A stretch of 61,383 bases of DNA from Chloroflexota bacterium (GTDB lineage Bacteria > Chloroflexota > Dormibacteria > CF-121): NCBI GenBank assembly GCA_005880615.1, contig VBID01000117.1, positions 1 to 61,383 on the forward strand, read 5' to 3'. Position numbers and translations under genes: made by a program. Positions 33,733-42,557 of the stretch are shown here, one piece after another. The notes under the pieces are model-generated. The model saw only the letters and a list, made by a program, of their open reading frames with translations, was not told the origin of the DNA and did not search any database. The number at the start of each line of letters is the position of its first letter. Positions within the stretch are counted from its first letter, which is position 1.

Positions 33733-34017
33733 CTACGCGGCGATGCTCGATGGTTTCTGGCCGCACTTGGGGCACGCGGTGCCCGCTTTCAGTTCGACCC
33801 GACGGAAGGCGTGACCGCCGCAGGAGGGACAGAGCGCACCCGGACGTAGCGGCTGCTGCCGGGCGGCCCGCTGCGCTCGTTCCCGGACGTGGCTTACGGA
33901 CGGGTCGTCGATGACTTGGGGATCGAAGGGCTCGGGCTGCACGGGGCTCAGGATAGGCGGCGCACCGAGCACTGGCGACCGCAATGCACTCACGGGATCG
34001 TGACGGATCCGTCGCAA
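33733..34017 (-). CDS. small zinc-ribbon protein
   Basis: C-terminal CPSCGG...CPKCG; start uncertain. Confidence 0.55.
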   Translation of the reverse strand: MRRIRHDPVSALRSPVLGAPPILSPVQPEPFDPQVIDDPSVSHVRERAQRAARQQPLRPGALCPSCGGHAFRRVELKAGTACPKCGQKPSSIAA

Positions 34018-34054
34018 CCGAATATTTGCCTGGATCTGCTAACGTTCGGGCGCC

Positions 34055-35101
34055 GTGAAGGAGCCAGGCGCCTTTCTGCGCGCGGCGATCGAGAACCAGG
34101 GGGAGCAGGCGGCCCGCCTGCTGGCGGACACCGAGCCGGTGGCGGCGGCCGCCAACCGGCTGCAAGGCGTGCGCCGGCTGTTCATCGCTGGCACCGGCAC
34201 CAGCTACCACGGCGCGATGGTCGGGGAGCACCTCTTTCGGGCAGCCGGCTACGAGGCGTGGGCGGTCCCGGCCTTCGAGTTCAGCCAGTACCCGCCGGCG
34301 CTCCGTCCCGGGGACGGCCTGATCGTCCTCAGCCATCGCGGCACCAAGCGCTTCAGCATGGGGGCCCTCCAACACGTCAGCGGGCTGGCCGACCGCTGGA
34401 TCGCCATCACCGGCCAGGGCTCGCCGTTGACGGGCGCCGGCGTCGTCCAGACCGTGCCGCAGGAGCGCTCCTCGGTCCATACCGTCAGCCACGTCGGCGC
34501 GCTGGTGCGCCTGGCCCAGCTGGCGACGCACGCGTCGCCCGATCTCCACTCGGCGTGGGCCGAGGCGATGGAGGGGCTCCCCGCTCGCGTGCAATCCGTC
34601 CTGGAGGACAGCCGCGACCCGATCGCCGCCCAGGCAGAGCAGATTCGCTTCGATCGCGGGACCTTTTTCATCGGTGGCGGCCCGGCGACCGCCACCGCAT
34701 TGGAGGGCGCGCTCAAGCTGCGCGAGGCATCCTTCGTGTTCGCCGAGGGCCACGAGGTCGAGGCCGTCCTCCATGGACCGCTGATCAGCATCGATGCCGC
34801 CGACCGCGCCGTGATGATCGCCGAGCCGGGGCCGAGCCTGGCGCGGACCCAGGATGTGGCGGCCGGCCTGAGCGCGATCGGCGTGCCGTTTGCGGCGGTT
34901 GGCTCAGCGGCCGCAGCTCTCGATGCGGCTGGGTGGACGTTTGCCACCCCGCCCCTACCGGAGCCGCTGGCCCCCATCCTCAACGTGATTCCGTTGCAGT
35001 GGCTGGCCTATTTCGTCTCGCGCCGGCGGGGCGTCGATGCGGACCTGTTCCGGGCCGACAACCCTAGCTACGCCGCGGCGCACGCGCGCTACGAGCTGTA
35101 G
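34055..35101 (+). CDS. double-SIS domain protein (GlmS C-terminal / FrlB-like sugar-phosphate isomerase)
   Basis: AGTGTSYH, LSHRG, EGALKLRE, E...HGP, PLQWLAY. Confidence 0.88.
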   Translation: MKEPGAFLRAAIENQGEQAARLLADTEPVAAAANRLQGVRRLFIAGTGTSYHGAMVGEHLFRAAGYEAWAVPAFEFSQYPPALRPGDGLIVLSHRGTKRFSMGALQHVSGLADRWIAITGQGSPLTGAGVVQTVPQERSSVHTVSHVGALVRLAQLATHASPDLHSAWAEAMEGLPARVQSVLEDSRDPIAAQAEQIRFDRGTFFIGGGPATATALEGALKLREASFVFAEGHEVEAVLHGPLISIDAADRAVMIAEPGPSLARTQDVAAGLSAIGVPFAAVGSAAAALDAAGWTFATPPLPEPLAPILNVIPLQWLAYFVSRRRGVDADLFRADNPSYAAAHARYEL

Positions 35102-36128
35102 CGGGCCGCCCGGCGGCCGGGGGCGGGGCGCCGGTCTGGCCGTTGGCCGGTCTGACGCCGCCCACACCGGCGTGGCGCTCCGCCAGCGCGCGACCGATTT
35201 CGACGATGCGCAGGCGCAGGTCCGGTGGTTCCAGCACCTCCACGGTCTCGCCCCAGCCAAGGATCCAGGGCGTGATCTCGACCGTCCCCGCCACGGTCAC
35301 GCTCATTTCCAATGATCCATCGGCCAGTGGGCGTAGACGCTGGGACGGATGCCAGGTCGACTCCGTGACCCGGGCCGCGGCGGGCGGAAAGAAGCGGAGG
35401 CGGACTTCCACGGGCTCACCGGAATGGAAGATGCCCCAGGCCCGCGACAGGTAGGTGTTGATGTCGAAGTCGGGTGGGATCTGATAGGTGTCGGCCGTGA
35501 GTTCCGCCCGCACGATGCGCTCTACCTTGAAGGTGCGCATTTCGCCAACGCCGCGATCCCGGGCCACCACGTAGAGGCTGTGGCCGATCTGGGAGGGCTC
35601 GAGAAAGTAGGGCTCGATCAGCCGCGGCGGCGCGTCGGCCTCAGCCGCCCGGTACCAGATTCGCGCCACCCGGCGGCCGGCCCACGCCAGGGCCAAGGTT
35701 TGCACGGTACGCGAGTACCCCGGGTTGGCCGGGCGTTTCAGCATTTGCGCGACGGTGGCGTGCACGTACTCGGCTACCGGTGCCGGGAGCACGGCGGCCA
35801 GCTTGCTGAACGCGTCGGCGGCGTCCGGGTCGGCCTCATCCGTGTAGCGCGACCACAGCCGGACGCCAATCAGGAGGGCCATGGCTTCGCCCAGCGTGAA
35901 TTTCACGGGGGCCACGAAATAGTTGGGATCGATCAGGATCCGTCCCCCTTCCTCGTAGACGGGAACGTTCATCGCCTCCAGCGCCCGCACGTCACGGTAG
36001 GTCGTCCGGACCGTAACTCCCGTCCGGCGGGCCAGCTCCGCGCGAGTCAGGCCGCGGGGATTGCCCTGCAAGAGGGTCTGCATCTTCAGGATGCGGGCCC
36101 CTCGGTCCCCCTTCTCAAACGACCCCAT
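35064..36128 (-). CDS. HTH-WYL-WCX transcriptional regulator (YafY/PafB/DriD-like)
   Basis: ELARRTGVTVRTTYRD HTH; IEPY.L, LYVVARD, RTFKVERI; C-terminal WHPSQ and WILGWG..VEVLEP. Confidence 0.92.
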   Translation of the reverse strand: MGSFEKGDRGARILKMQTLLQGNPRGLTRAELARRTGVTVRTTYRDVRALEAMNVPVYEEGGRILIDPNYFVAPVKFTLGEAMALLIGVRLWSRYTDEADPDAADAFSKLAAVLPAPVAEYVHATVAQMLKRPANPGYSRTVQTLALAWAGRRVARIWYRAAEADAPPRLIEPYFLEPSQIGHSLYVVARDRGVGEMRTFKVERIVRAELTADTYQIPPDFDINTYLSRAWGIFHSGEPVEVRLRFFPPAAARVTESTWHPSQRLRPLADGSLEMSVTVAGTVEITPWILGWGETVEVLEPPDLRLRIVEIGRALAERHAGVGGVRPANGQTGAPPPAAGRPATARSARAPRRS

Positions 36129-36239
36129 GACCTGTCACGTTAACGGACGCACGCGGACACCGTATTCCCAGCCACAACCTTCTATAATGTCGGCAACCTC
36201 GAACCGAATTTCTCGGCAATTCGCCTTTGCGGGAGATCT

Positions 36240-37331
36240 TTGGCCCTTCGCCTGCTCCATTTCGCCGACCTGCATCTCGACCGATCCTTTGCTCCGCAGC
36301 GACTCTTCGGGGTCGCGGCACAGCGGCGACGCGAAGACCTTCGGGCCGCGCTGCAGCGAATTCTCGAACGGGCCGATCACGAGCAGGTGGATCTAATCAC
36401 CTGCGCCGGTGATCTGTTCGAGCACGATCACATCACCCGGGAGACCGCCCTCTTCCTGGCCCAAACGCTGGGGCAAACCTCTCGGCCGGTGTTGATCGCG
36501 CCCGGGCATAGCGACCCGGCCACGGCCAGCTCCCCGTATCGATATCTCCGCTGGCCCGCCAATGTCACCGTGGCCACCCATGAGGACCTTCGCCCCTACG
36601 TCTATGGCGGCGTCAGCGTCTGGGCGGCGGGCTTCAATCCGGCCAACACCTCCGAGACCCCGCTGGCGGCCACGCCGTCGCTGGGCGATGGCGCCCACCT
36701 GCTCCTGCTGCATGCCTCGGACATGCACACGGTCCCCGACGGCGTCACGCCGGTGGCGCCCATCGTGCAAGCCCAGGTCGAGCAGGCGGGTTTTCGCCAT
36801 GCGCTCCTCGGCCATTACCACAATGCCATGAGCCAAGGCTTGCTGACCTATCCAGGAAGCCCGGAGCCGCTGGGATGGGACGAGACCGGCCGTCACTGCG
36901 TGGCCTTCGTCACGGTCGCCGATGATCGCAATCTGTCGGTCGACTTGCAGGACATCAATCACCGCCGCTTTGTGGAGGAGACCCTGGACGTCACTGGTAT
37001 GACCAGCCGGGAACAGGTGCGTGATGCCATGCTGGCCGCCCGCGAGAGCCGGCACCTGGACGGCGCCGTCCTGCGCACCCGGCTGGTTGGCGAACGAACC
37101 CAGTCGCTGGACCTGGATCCGCGGGCGCTGGCCCTGGAGTGCAATGACGGGTTCGCGCACCTGGAATTCCTGGACGAAACGCGGCGGATCCACGACCTGG
37201 AGGCGGTGGGCAGCGAATTCACGAGCCGAGGAGAAATGGTCCGGCAGCTCCAGGCCCACCGGGGCGACGCGGAAAAAGATGAGACGGTCGGCCGCGCCCT
37301 CCAGCTGGCCCTGGATGCCTTCGAGCCATGA
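36240..37331 (+). CDS. SbcD/Mre11/YhaO-like metallophosphoesterase (DNA repair exonuclease)
   Basis: HFADLHL, AGDLFE, LGHYH and YPGSPE motifs; GHSD replaces GNHD; TATAAT at 36183. Confidence 0.88.
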   Translation: MALRLLHFADLHLDRSFAPQRLFGVAAQRRREDLRAALQRILERADHEQVDLITCAGDLFEHDHITRETALFLAQTLGQTSRPVLIAPGHSDPATASSPYRYLRWPANVTVATHEDLRPYVYGGVSVWAAGFNPANTSETPLAATPSLGDGAHLLLLHASDMHTVPDGVTPVAPIVQAQVEQAGFRHALLGHYHNAMSQGLLTYPGSPEPLGWDETGRHCVAFVTVADDRNLSVDLQDINHRRFVEETLDVTGMTSREQVRDAMLAARESRHLDGAVLRTRLVGERTQSLDLDPRALALECNDGFAHLEFLDETRRIHDLEAVGSEFTSRGEMVRQLQAHRGDAEKDETVGRALQLALDAFEP

Positions 37332-37355
37332 GCCCAGCGTGGATCCGGGCATAGC

Positions 37356-40300
37356 ATGCAGCTGACGCGCATCCAGGTCGACGGCTTCGGCGTGCTACGC
37401 GCCACCGACTTGCGTTTCGGCAAAGGGATGAACCTGGTGATCGGGCCCAACGAGGCCGGCAAGTCCACGCTGCAGGAAGCCATCCTCACCGGCCTGTATG
37501 GCTTCCAGTCGGAAAAGACGCGCGGCCCCGCCGCCGCGGCGGCCGTGGAGCGGTGGCGGCCGTGGCACGACAGCGCCTTTCGGCTGGCGCTGGAGTTCGA
37601 GCTGGACGATGGCCGCCGGCTGCGGGTGGACCGCGACTTCGATGGCGAGACGGTCGTCGTACAGGATCTGGAAACCGGCGAGGACCTGACGGCGCATTTC
37701 CTGACCGACGGCGAGACCGGTTCGCTGGGGCGGCGCATCCTGGGGATCCCCAAGGACATCTTCACGGGCACGGCCTGCATCTCGCGAGCGGAAGTGATGC
37801 GGATCGAGGACTCGGGGGCGATCCGGGAAGCGATCACGGCGCTGGCCGACTCGGCCCATCCCGATCGCACGGCCCGCAAGGTCCTGGACCGGCTGCGACA
37901 GGAACGGATCGAACGGGTGGGCCGCCCCCGCGGCCGAACCGGCCCCCTGCACCTGCTGGCCGCCCGTCTGGCGGAGCTGGAGCGCCAGCTGGCCGCGGCC
38001 CGGCAGGCTCGGAGCGCGGTTGAAGAGCTGGCCCTGAAGCGAGAGGCGGTGGCCACCCTGACCGAGGCCGAGCTCTCCGTGGTGCAGACACTGGAGGCGG
38101 CGGTGCTGACCGCCCGGTTCGAGGACGCCCGGCGGCGCCTGGACCGGGTGCAGCAGATCGACCAGATGATCGCCGATGAGAATGCCCGCCTCCAGGAGCA
38201 CGCCGCCTTTTCCGGTTTCCCGCGTGCGCGCGACGAGGAGGTGCGCGGCCTGCGGACGCGCTTGCGGGCGACGGAGGAAGCCGAGCGAGAATTCGCCACC
38301 CGGGCCGCGGAGGCCGCCTCCGAAGTGACCTCGCTCGAGGCGGAGCGCGCGAAACTCGAGCAGGAGTATCAGGGCCAGATCGCCCGCGCGCGCGGCGTCA
38401 GCCCGAGCTCCCTGAAGGAAGAGCCGATGGTGCGGGAGCTGGTGTCCTCGCTGAGTCTGATGGATGCCCAGGCCCCGGAGGCCCACCTGCGCGCCCGCAC
38501 CTGCGCCGACGAGGTGCAGCACCTGGCCGATCGACATCCCGGCCTGATCGGCCAGGGCGCCGAGTGGACGTCGCGGCACGTCGAGTTCCAGCGCGTCTAT
38601 GCGGAGTGGCGCGAACGGAGCAATGCCGCGACCGAAGCCCGGCGTCGGGCCGGGGCTGAGCTCCCCCCGCGCCTCGAGCAGCTGAAGCAGGACGTCTCTC
38701 GCTACAAGGAGGTACCGGAGACAATCAAGGCGGCCCAGCAGGCGGAGGATGCGATGCGGCACGAAGAGACGATGGCCGAGCGTTCCCGCTCCCAGTACGG
38801 GACCTGGGGCATTGTGACGCTGGTCGGGGTGCTGCTGATGGCGGTGGCCTTCCTGGTCATGTTCGTCGGGCTCAGTGTCGGCCCGCTGGCGTTTATCGTG
38901 GCCGCCTTCCTGCTGGGCATGGGCCTGCTGGGGGCCATCCTGGGACTGGTCTTGCGCGGCGCGGCCAACCGGCAGGTCGACCGGCGGCTGCGCGCCAAAG
39001 ATGATGCGCGGTTACGCCGTCGAGAGATTCTCGGTCCGTGGGGCGTGCGCAGCTCCGGTGAGCTGCAGCAGGCGCTGGTGGACCATCTGCAGCGAATTCG
39101 GTCCGATGCGACCCGCTTGGAGCTCGACCGGCAGGCGGCGGAACTCGAGGAACGGTCTCGCGCCGCCGGCCGCACCCTCCGCGAGCTGATCGGCAGTTGG
39201 GGCCTTTCCCAGCCGGCGCCCACCGAGGACTCGCTGGAAGGGACCGCCCAGCTGATGCAGTCCCTGGCGGATGATGATGCCCGCTGGAAGGCCGCCCAGC
39301 TGCGCTGGGAAGAGGCCACCCGAACCGAGAAGGCGCTCGACGACCGGCGGGAAACCCTTCGGCAGCGGCTGCATGGGGTCCTGGACCGGCTGGGCTTCGA
39401 TCGGCGGGAAGCACTGGCGGCCGGTCAGGATTTCCTGGGAGCCTGCGAGGCGGGACGCGCCGCGCAGCAGCTGCGCACCCGGATCCAGCAGCTGGAGGCG
39501 CAACTTGACCAGCTGCGGCAGCCGGCGGACCGGGCCATGGCCGAGCACGAGAAGGCCACCCAATACCGAGCCAAGCTGGAGGCCATCTATCGACCCGCGG
39601 GGATCACCGACGCGGATCCCGAGGGGTCGGCCCGGCGCTGGGACGACGCGGTGGCCCATGTCGACACCTACGTCACCTCCATCGCCAGGCTCAAGGAGCT
39701 CCGGGACTCGCATATTGCCGTGGCGGGCGACCAGGACATGGCCGGACTGGTCAAGCTGGTGGGCGAGCTGGAAGGGCAGTCGCAGCAAGCCCAGCAGGGC
39801 CTGGCTGCCGGCAGCCTGGAGCCATACCGAGCGGTTCCGCTGGCGGATCTCGAGCGCCAGCTGGATCAGCATCGGGCGTCCAAAGAGCGGGCACAGGAAG
39901 AGCGTGCCCGAGCGGAAGAGCTCTTGAATGACCGGTTGCTCCAAATCGGTGACGTCGCCTCGCTGGAGGAGGAGATGGTGACCGTCCAGGAGCAGCTGCA
40001 GGAGCTGGAGGCGCAGGCCCATGCCTACGACCTGGCGATCGACACCCTGGAGGAAGCCGCCAAGTCGGTGCGACGAGCCGTGATCCCGCAGATGAAGGCC
40101 CAGCTGCAGAGCCAGCTGGCACCCATCACCAACGGGCGCTACCGAGAAGTCCAGGTGATGGACGACCTTGGCCTGCAGGTGCGCACGCAGGATCATCGCG
40201 CCTTCAAGGATGTGGACCACCTCAGCATGGGTACCCGGTCGCTGATTTACCTGCTGCAGCGGGTCGCCCTGGCCCGCATCATCAGTGGCAGCACCGAGTC

Positions 40301-40565
40301 GCTGCCGCTACTCCTGGACGAGGCCCTGGTGCACGCCGACCGCCGGCGAATGAAGGCGGCGCTGGACGAGCTGGGACGGCTCGGACAGGAGCACCAGATC
40401 CTGCTCTTCTCGAAGGATGAAACCCTGGCCGAACGGGGTGAGCGGGCCGGGAACTGGACGATCATCCGGCTGCCGGGCCCGTCGGTCGCCTCACCACACA
40501 CACCGCCCGACCCCAGCCGCAACGGCGATCAAGCCGATGTCGCCAACGAAGAGGTCAGCGCCTAA
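37356..40565 (+). CDS. SbcC/YhaN-like SMC-type ATPase with internal TM hairpin
   Basis: Walker A GPNEAGKST, long coiled coils, two central TM helices, signature LSMGT, Walker B LLLDE. Confidence 0.9.
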   Translation: MQLTRIQVDGFGVLRATDLRFGKGMNLVIGPNEAGKSTLQEAILTGLYGFQSEKTRGPAAAAAVERWRPWHDSAFRLALEFELDDGRRLRVDRDFDGETVVVQDLETGEDLTAHFLTDGETGSLGRRILGIPKDIFTGTACISRAEVMRIEDSGAIREAITALADSAHPDRTARKVLDRLRQERIERVGRPRGRTGPLHLLAARLAELERQLAAARQARSAVEELALKREAVATLTEAELSVVQTLEAAVLTARFEDARRRLDRVQQIDQMIADENARLQEHAAFSGFPRARDEEVRGLRTRLRATEEAEREFATRAAEAASEVTSLEAERAKLEQEYQGQIARARGVSPSSLKEEPMVRELVSSLSLMDAQAPEAHLRARTCADEVQHLADRHPGLIGQGAEWTSRHVEFQRVYAEWRERSNAATEARRRAGAELPPRLEQLKQDVSRYKEVPETIKAAQQAEDAMRHEETMAERSRSQYGTWGIVTLVGVLLMAVAFLVMFVGLSVGPLAFIVAAFLLGMGLLGAILGLVLRGAANRQVDRRLRAKDDARLRRREILGPWGVRSSGELQQALVDHLQRIRSDATRLELDRQAAELEERSRAAGRTLRELIGSWGLSQPAPTEDSLEGTAQLMQSLADDDARWKAAQLRWEEATRTEKALDDRRETLRQRLHGVLDRLGFDRREALAAGQDFLGACEAGRAAQQLRTRIQQLEAQLDQLRQPADRAMAEHEKATQYRAKLEAIYRPAGITDADPEGSARRWDDAVAHVDTYVTSIARLKELRDSHIAVAGDQDMAGLVKLVGELEGQSQQAQQGLAAGSLEPYRAVPLADLERQLDQHRASKERAQEERARAEELLNDRLLQIGDVASLEEEMVTVQEQLQELEAQAHAYDLAIDTLEEAAKSVRRAVIPQMKAQLQSQLAPITNGRYREVQVMDDLGLQVRTQDHRAFKDVDHLSMGTRSLIYLLQRVALARIISGSTESLPLLLDEALVHADRRRMKAALDELGRLGQEHQILLFSKDETLAERGERAGNWTIIRLPGPSVASPHTPPDPSRNGDQADVANEEVSA

Positions 40566-40591
40566 GTCCAAACCTTGGGGCTAGGCCAGGC

Positions 40592-40894
40592 TCAGGAGTC
40601 GGCGCCGCCGGTAAGGACCCGAAGCATGGCTGTCCGCCGCGAGGGGCTGGAATAGTCGGGAGCTTGGCCGCGGCGGGCGGTGCGATAGGCCTGGGCAACC
40701 CGGGCTGCCGCCTGCTGCGCCGAGGCCACCAGATCTCCGGCCGCCGCGTCCGGCCCACTGAGACTTTCCGGCTCGAGGTCGACGAGCTCGCTGAGGCACA
40801 GCTGACGCTCGGGGTCGATCACCACGACCCCCACGAAGGCCGAGCGCGACTTGATGCTGGGATGGATCTGAGACCAGGGAATGACGTTGTCCAT
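40592..40894 (-). CDS. hypothetical protein (100 aa)
   Basis: TAGGCT 6 nt before ATG; preceded by the palindromic operator. Confidence 0.6.
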   Translation of the reverse strand: MDNVIPWSQIHPSIKSRSAFVGVVVIDPERQLCLSELVDLEPESLSGPDAAAGDLVASAQQAAARVAQAYRTARRGQAPDYSSPSRRTAMLRVLTGGADS

Positions 40895-40900
40895 ACCGAC

Positions 40901-40935
40901 AGCCTAGAAGGGGTCTTTGACAGCTGCCTGTCACG
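40901..40935 (-). promoter_or_regulatory. palindromic operator TGACAG-N4-CTGTCA plus N10 spacer and -10 (TAGGCT)
   Basis: Minus strand CGTGACAGGCAGCTGTCAA-N10-TAGGCT-N6-ATG; identical 18-mer at 31537. Confidence 0.72.
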
Positions 40936-41025
40936 ACCCCGGAACGCGTTTGGGTATCATGTTGGGCGCCCGCCGGCCGCCCCAGAGCCACTCAGGCGAT
41001 CCCCGGCGACGGCCCATTGCCACCA

Positions 41026-41745
41026 ATGAAAGAGAAAATCGTCCCGCCCGAAAAGAACGACGAGATCGTCGCCACCTACGACCGGGTGGAGCAGGTCGCC
41101 TTGCGCGAAGGCCTGGGAGCCGAGCAAGACGCCTACTACGTGGCGATTGCCGACCAGTTCGAGCACGAATGGTACGGCAGCCGGGAGGCCGACAAACGCT
41201 ATGCCAGCGACCTCCAGGAGATGGCGGACGCGGTCGACGCCTTCGCCCGGGGCGACCTGCTGGAGGTCGGCGCCGGCAGCGGACACTGGACTATCCGCTG
41301 TCTCAACGCCGGCGCCCGGGTCACCGTGGTGGAACCGTCGGAGACCATGCGCTCGGTGACCAGGCGGCGCCTGACCAGTGCCGGCAAGACGGCCCGCTTG
41401 ATGCTCGGCCGGTCCGAGGCGATCCCGCTGGGCGACCACAAGATGGATCGGTGCCTGATGGCCTTCGTCTTGAGCCACCTGGACGGCGCCACCCGCGACG
41501 CGACCTTCAAGGAGATCGCGCGGGTGGTGCGACCCGGTGGCGAACTGCTTCTGATGGACAGCCTGCGGGAACCTGGCGATCCCGGGGTCCTCGTGGTCCG
41601 GCGGGTGGTGAACGCCCAACCGTTCCGGGTCCTGAAGGTCCTGCACAAGCCCGAGGAAGTGGCCGCCATGATCGACCCCGTCGCCCGGGTGCAGGAGATG
41701 AAGACTCTGAACCACGCCTGGGTCCTGCGCGCCCGGCTGGTTTAG
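41026..41745 (+). CDS. class I SAM-dependent methyltransferase
   Basis: LLEVGAGSGHW motif I; F.LSH; RVVRPGG. Confidence 0.85.
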   Translation: MKEKIVPPEKNDEIVATYDRVEQVALREGLGAEQDAYYVAIADQFEHEWYGSREADKRYASDLQEMADAVDAFARGDLLEVGAGSGHWTIRCLNAGARVTVVEPSETMRSVTRRRLTSAGKTARLMLGRSEAIPLGDHKMDRCLMAFVLSHLDGATRDATFKEIARVVRPGGELLLMDSLREPGDPGVLVVRRVVNAQPFRVLKVLHKPEEVAAMIDPVARVQEMKTLNHAWVLRARLV

Positions 41746-41753
41746 CCCAAAAG

Positions 41754-42185
41754 CTAGAAGGGTCGCGCGGTCATCAGGAAGACGACGACGACCAGGAGCG
41801 CCCAGGCGGTGACCTCAACGACGGTCCCGCTGGCATCCGCCGCCGCCGGCGACGTGCCGCTGCGGGCCGCGGCGTGTAGCCGGCGCAGGTTGGGAGCGAG
41901 GAAGGCTCCGTCCAGGGCCGCGGCCGCCAGATAGAGCAACACGCCCAATAAGAGCCAGCCAGTCAGGAACTTGATCCGGTCCGTGACCCAGAGCGCGATC
42001 CCGGTCACCAGCACCACGGCCGACCCCGCCGAGACCATGGCCAGCTGGACTCGCCGGGCCACCGCGAGCAACGGCTCGGATCCTCCTGCCACTCCACCCG
42101 CTTGCAGCCGGACCAGCAACTGGGCGCTAATCCCACCCAGCATGAAAATCGCGCCCATCACGTGCAGTCCGCGCAGCACACCCAT
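41754..42185 (-). CDS. DUF2269-like 4-TM membrane protein
   Basis: LHVMGAI N-terminus, TG..L, C-terminal LMTARPF. Confidence 0.75.
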   Translation of the reverse strand: MGVLRGLHVMGAIFMLGGISAQLLVRLQAGGVAGGSEPLLAVARRVQLAMVSAGSAVVLVTGIALWVTDRIKFLTGWLLLGVLLYLAAAALDGAFLAPNLRRLHAAARSGTSPAAADASGTVVEVTAWALLVVVVFLMTARPF

Positions 42186-42254
42186 GGGCCTACAGGATAA
42201 GGCACAGGGTTAGCCGGTATCCACCGGTCGGGCCGAGCCCGATATAGTTGGCGC

Positions 42255-42557
42255 GTGCCCGACCCACGTCCGGAGGTCGAGGTGGTCATCCCGCAACCAT
42301 GGCTTGTTCCGAACCTCACGCTCGACGCGGTACGCGCGTTGCAGCGCAGCGATACCACCTCGGACATGGACCAGGGCAACCTTCGCCTGACCGGCGCGGA
42401 AGTGCTGGTCGCCCGCAACTGGGTGCAAGACGAATTCTGGCCGCGCATCCAGGACGCCATCCAGCGCGGGTATGCCACCGAGAAGACCTACACCTTCCTG
42501 CGGGTCCGGAGTGATCGGCGCCGGCGGCGGCGCGCGAAAGGGCAGCCGGGACACTAG
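42255..42557 (+). CDS. hypothetical protein (100 aa)
   Basis: TATAGT 6 nt before GTG; globular composition with a basic tail. Confidence 0.65.
   Translation: MPDPRPEVEVVIPQPWLVPNLTLDAVRALQRSDTTSDMDQGNLRLTGAEVLVARNWVQDEFWPRIQDAIQRGYATEKTYTFLRVRSDRRRRRRAKGQPGH

Noticed and set aside
40917-40960. TTGACA at 40917 as the -35 of the plus-strand methyltransferase gene
   Set aside because: No -10 at 16-18 bp spacing (TATCAT is 32 bp away); better explained as part of the palindromic operator
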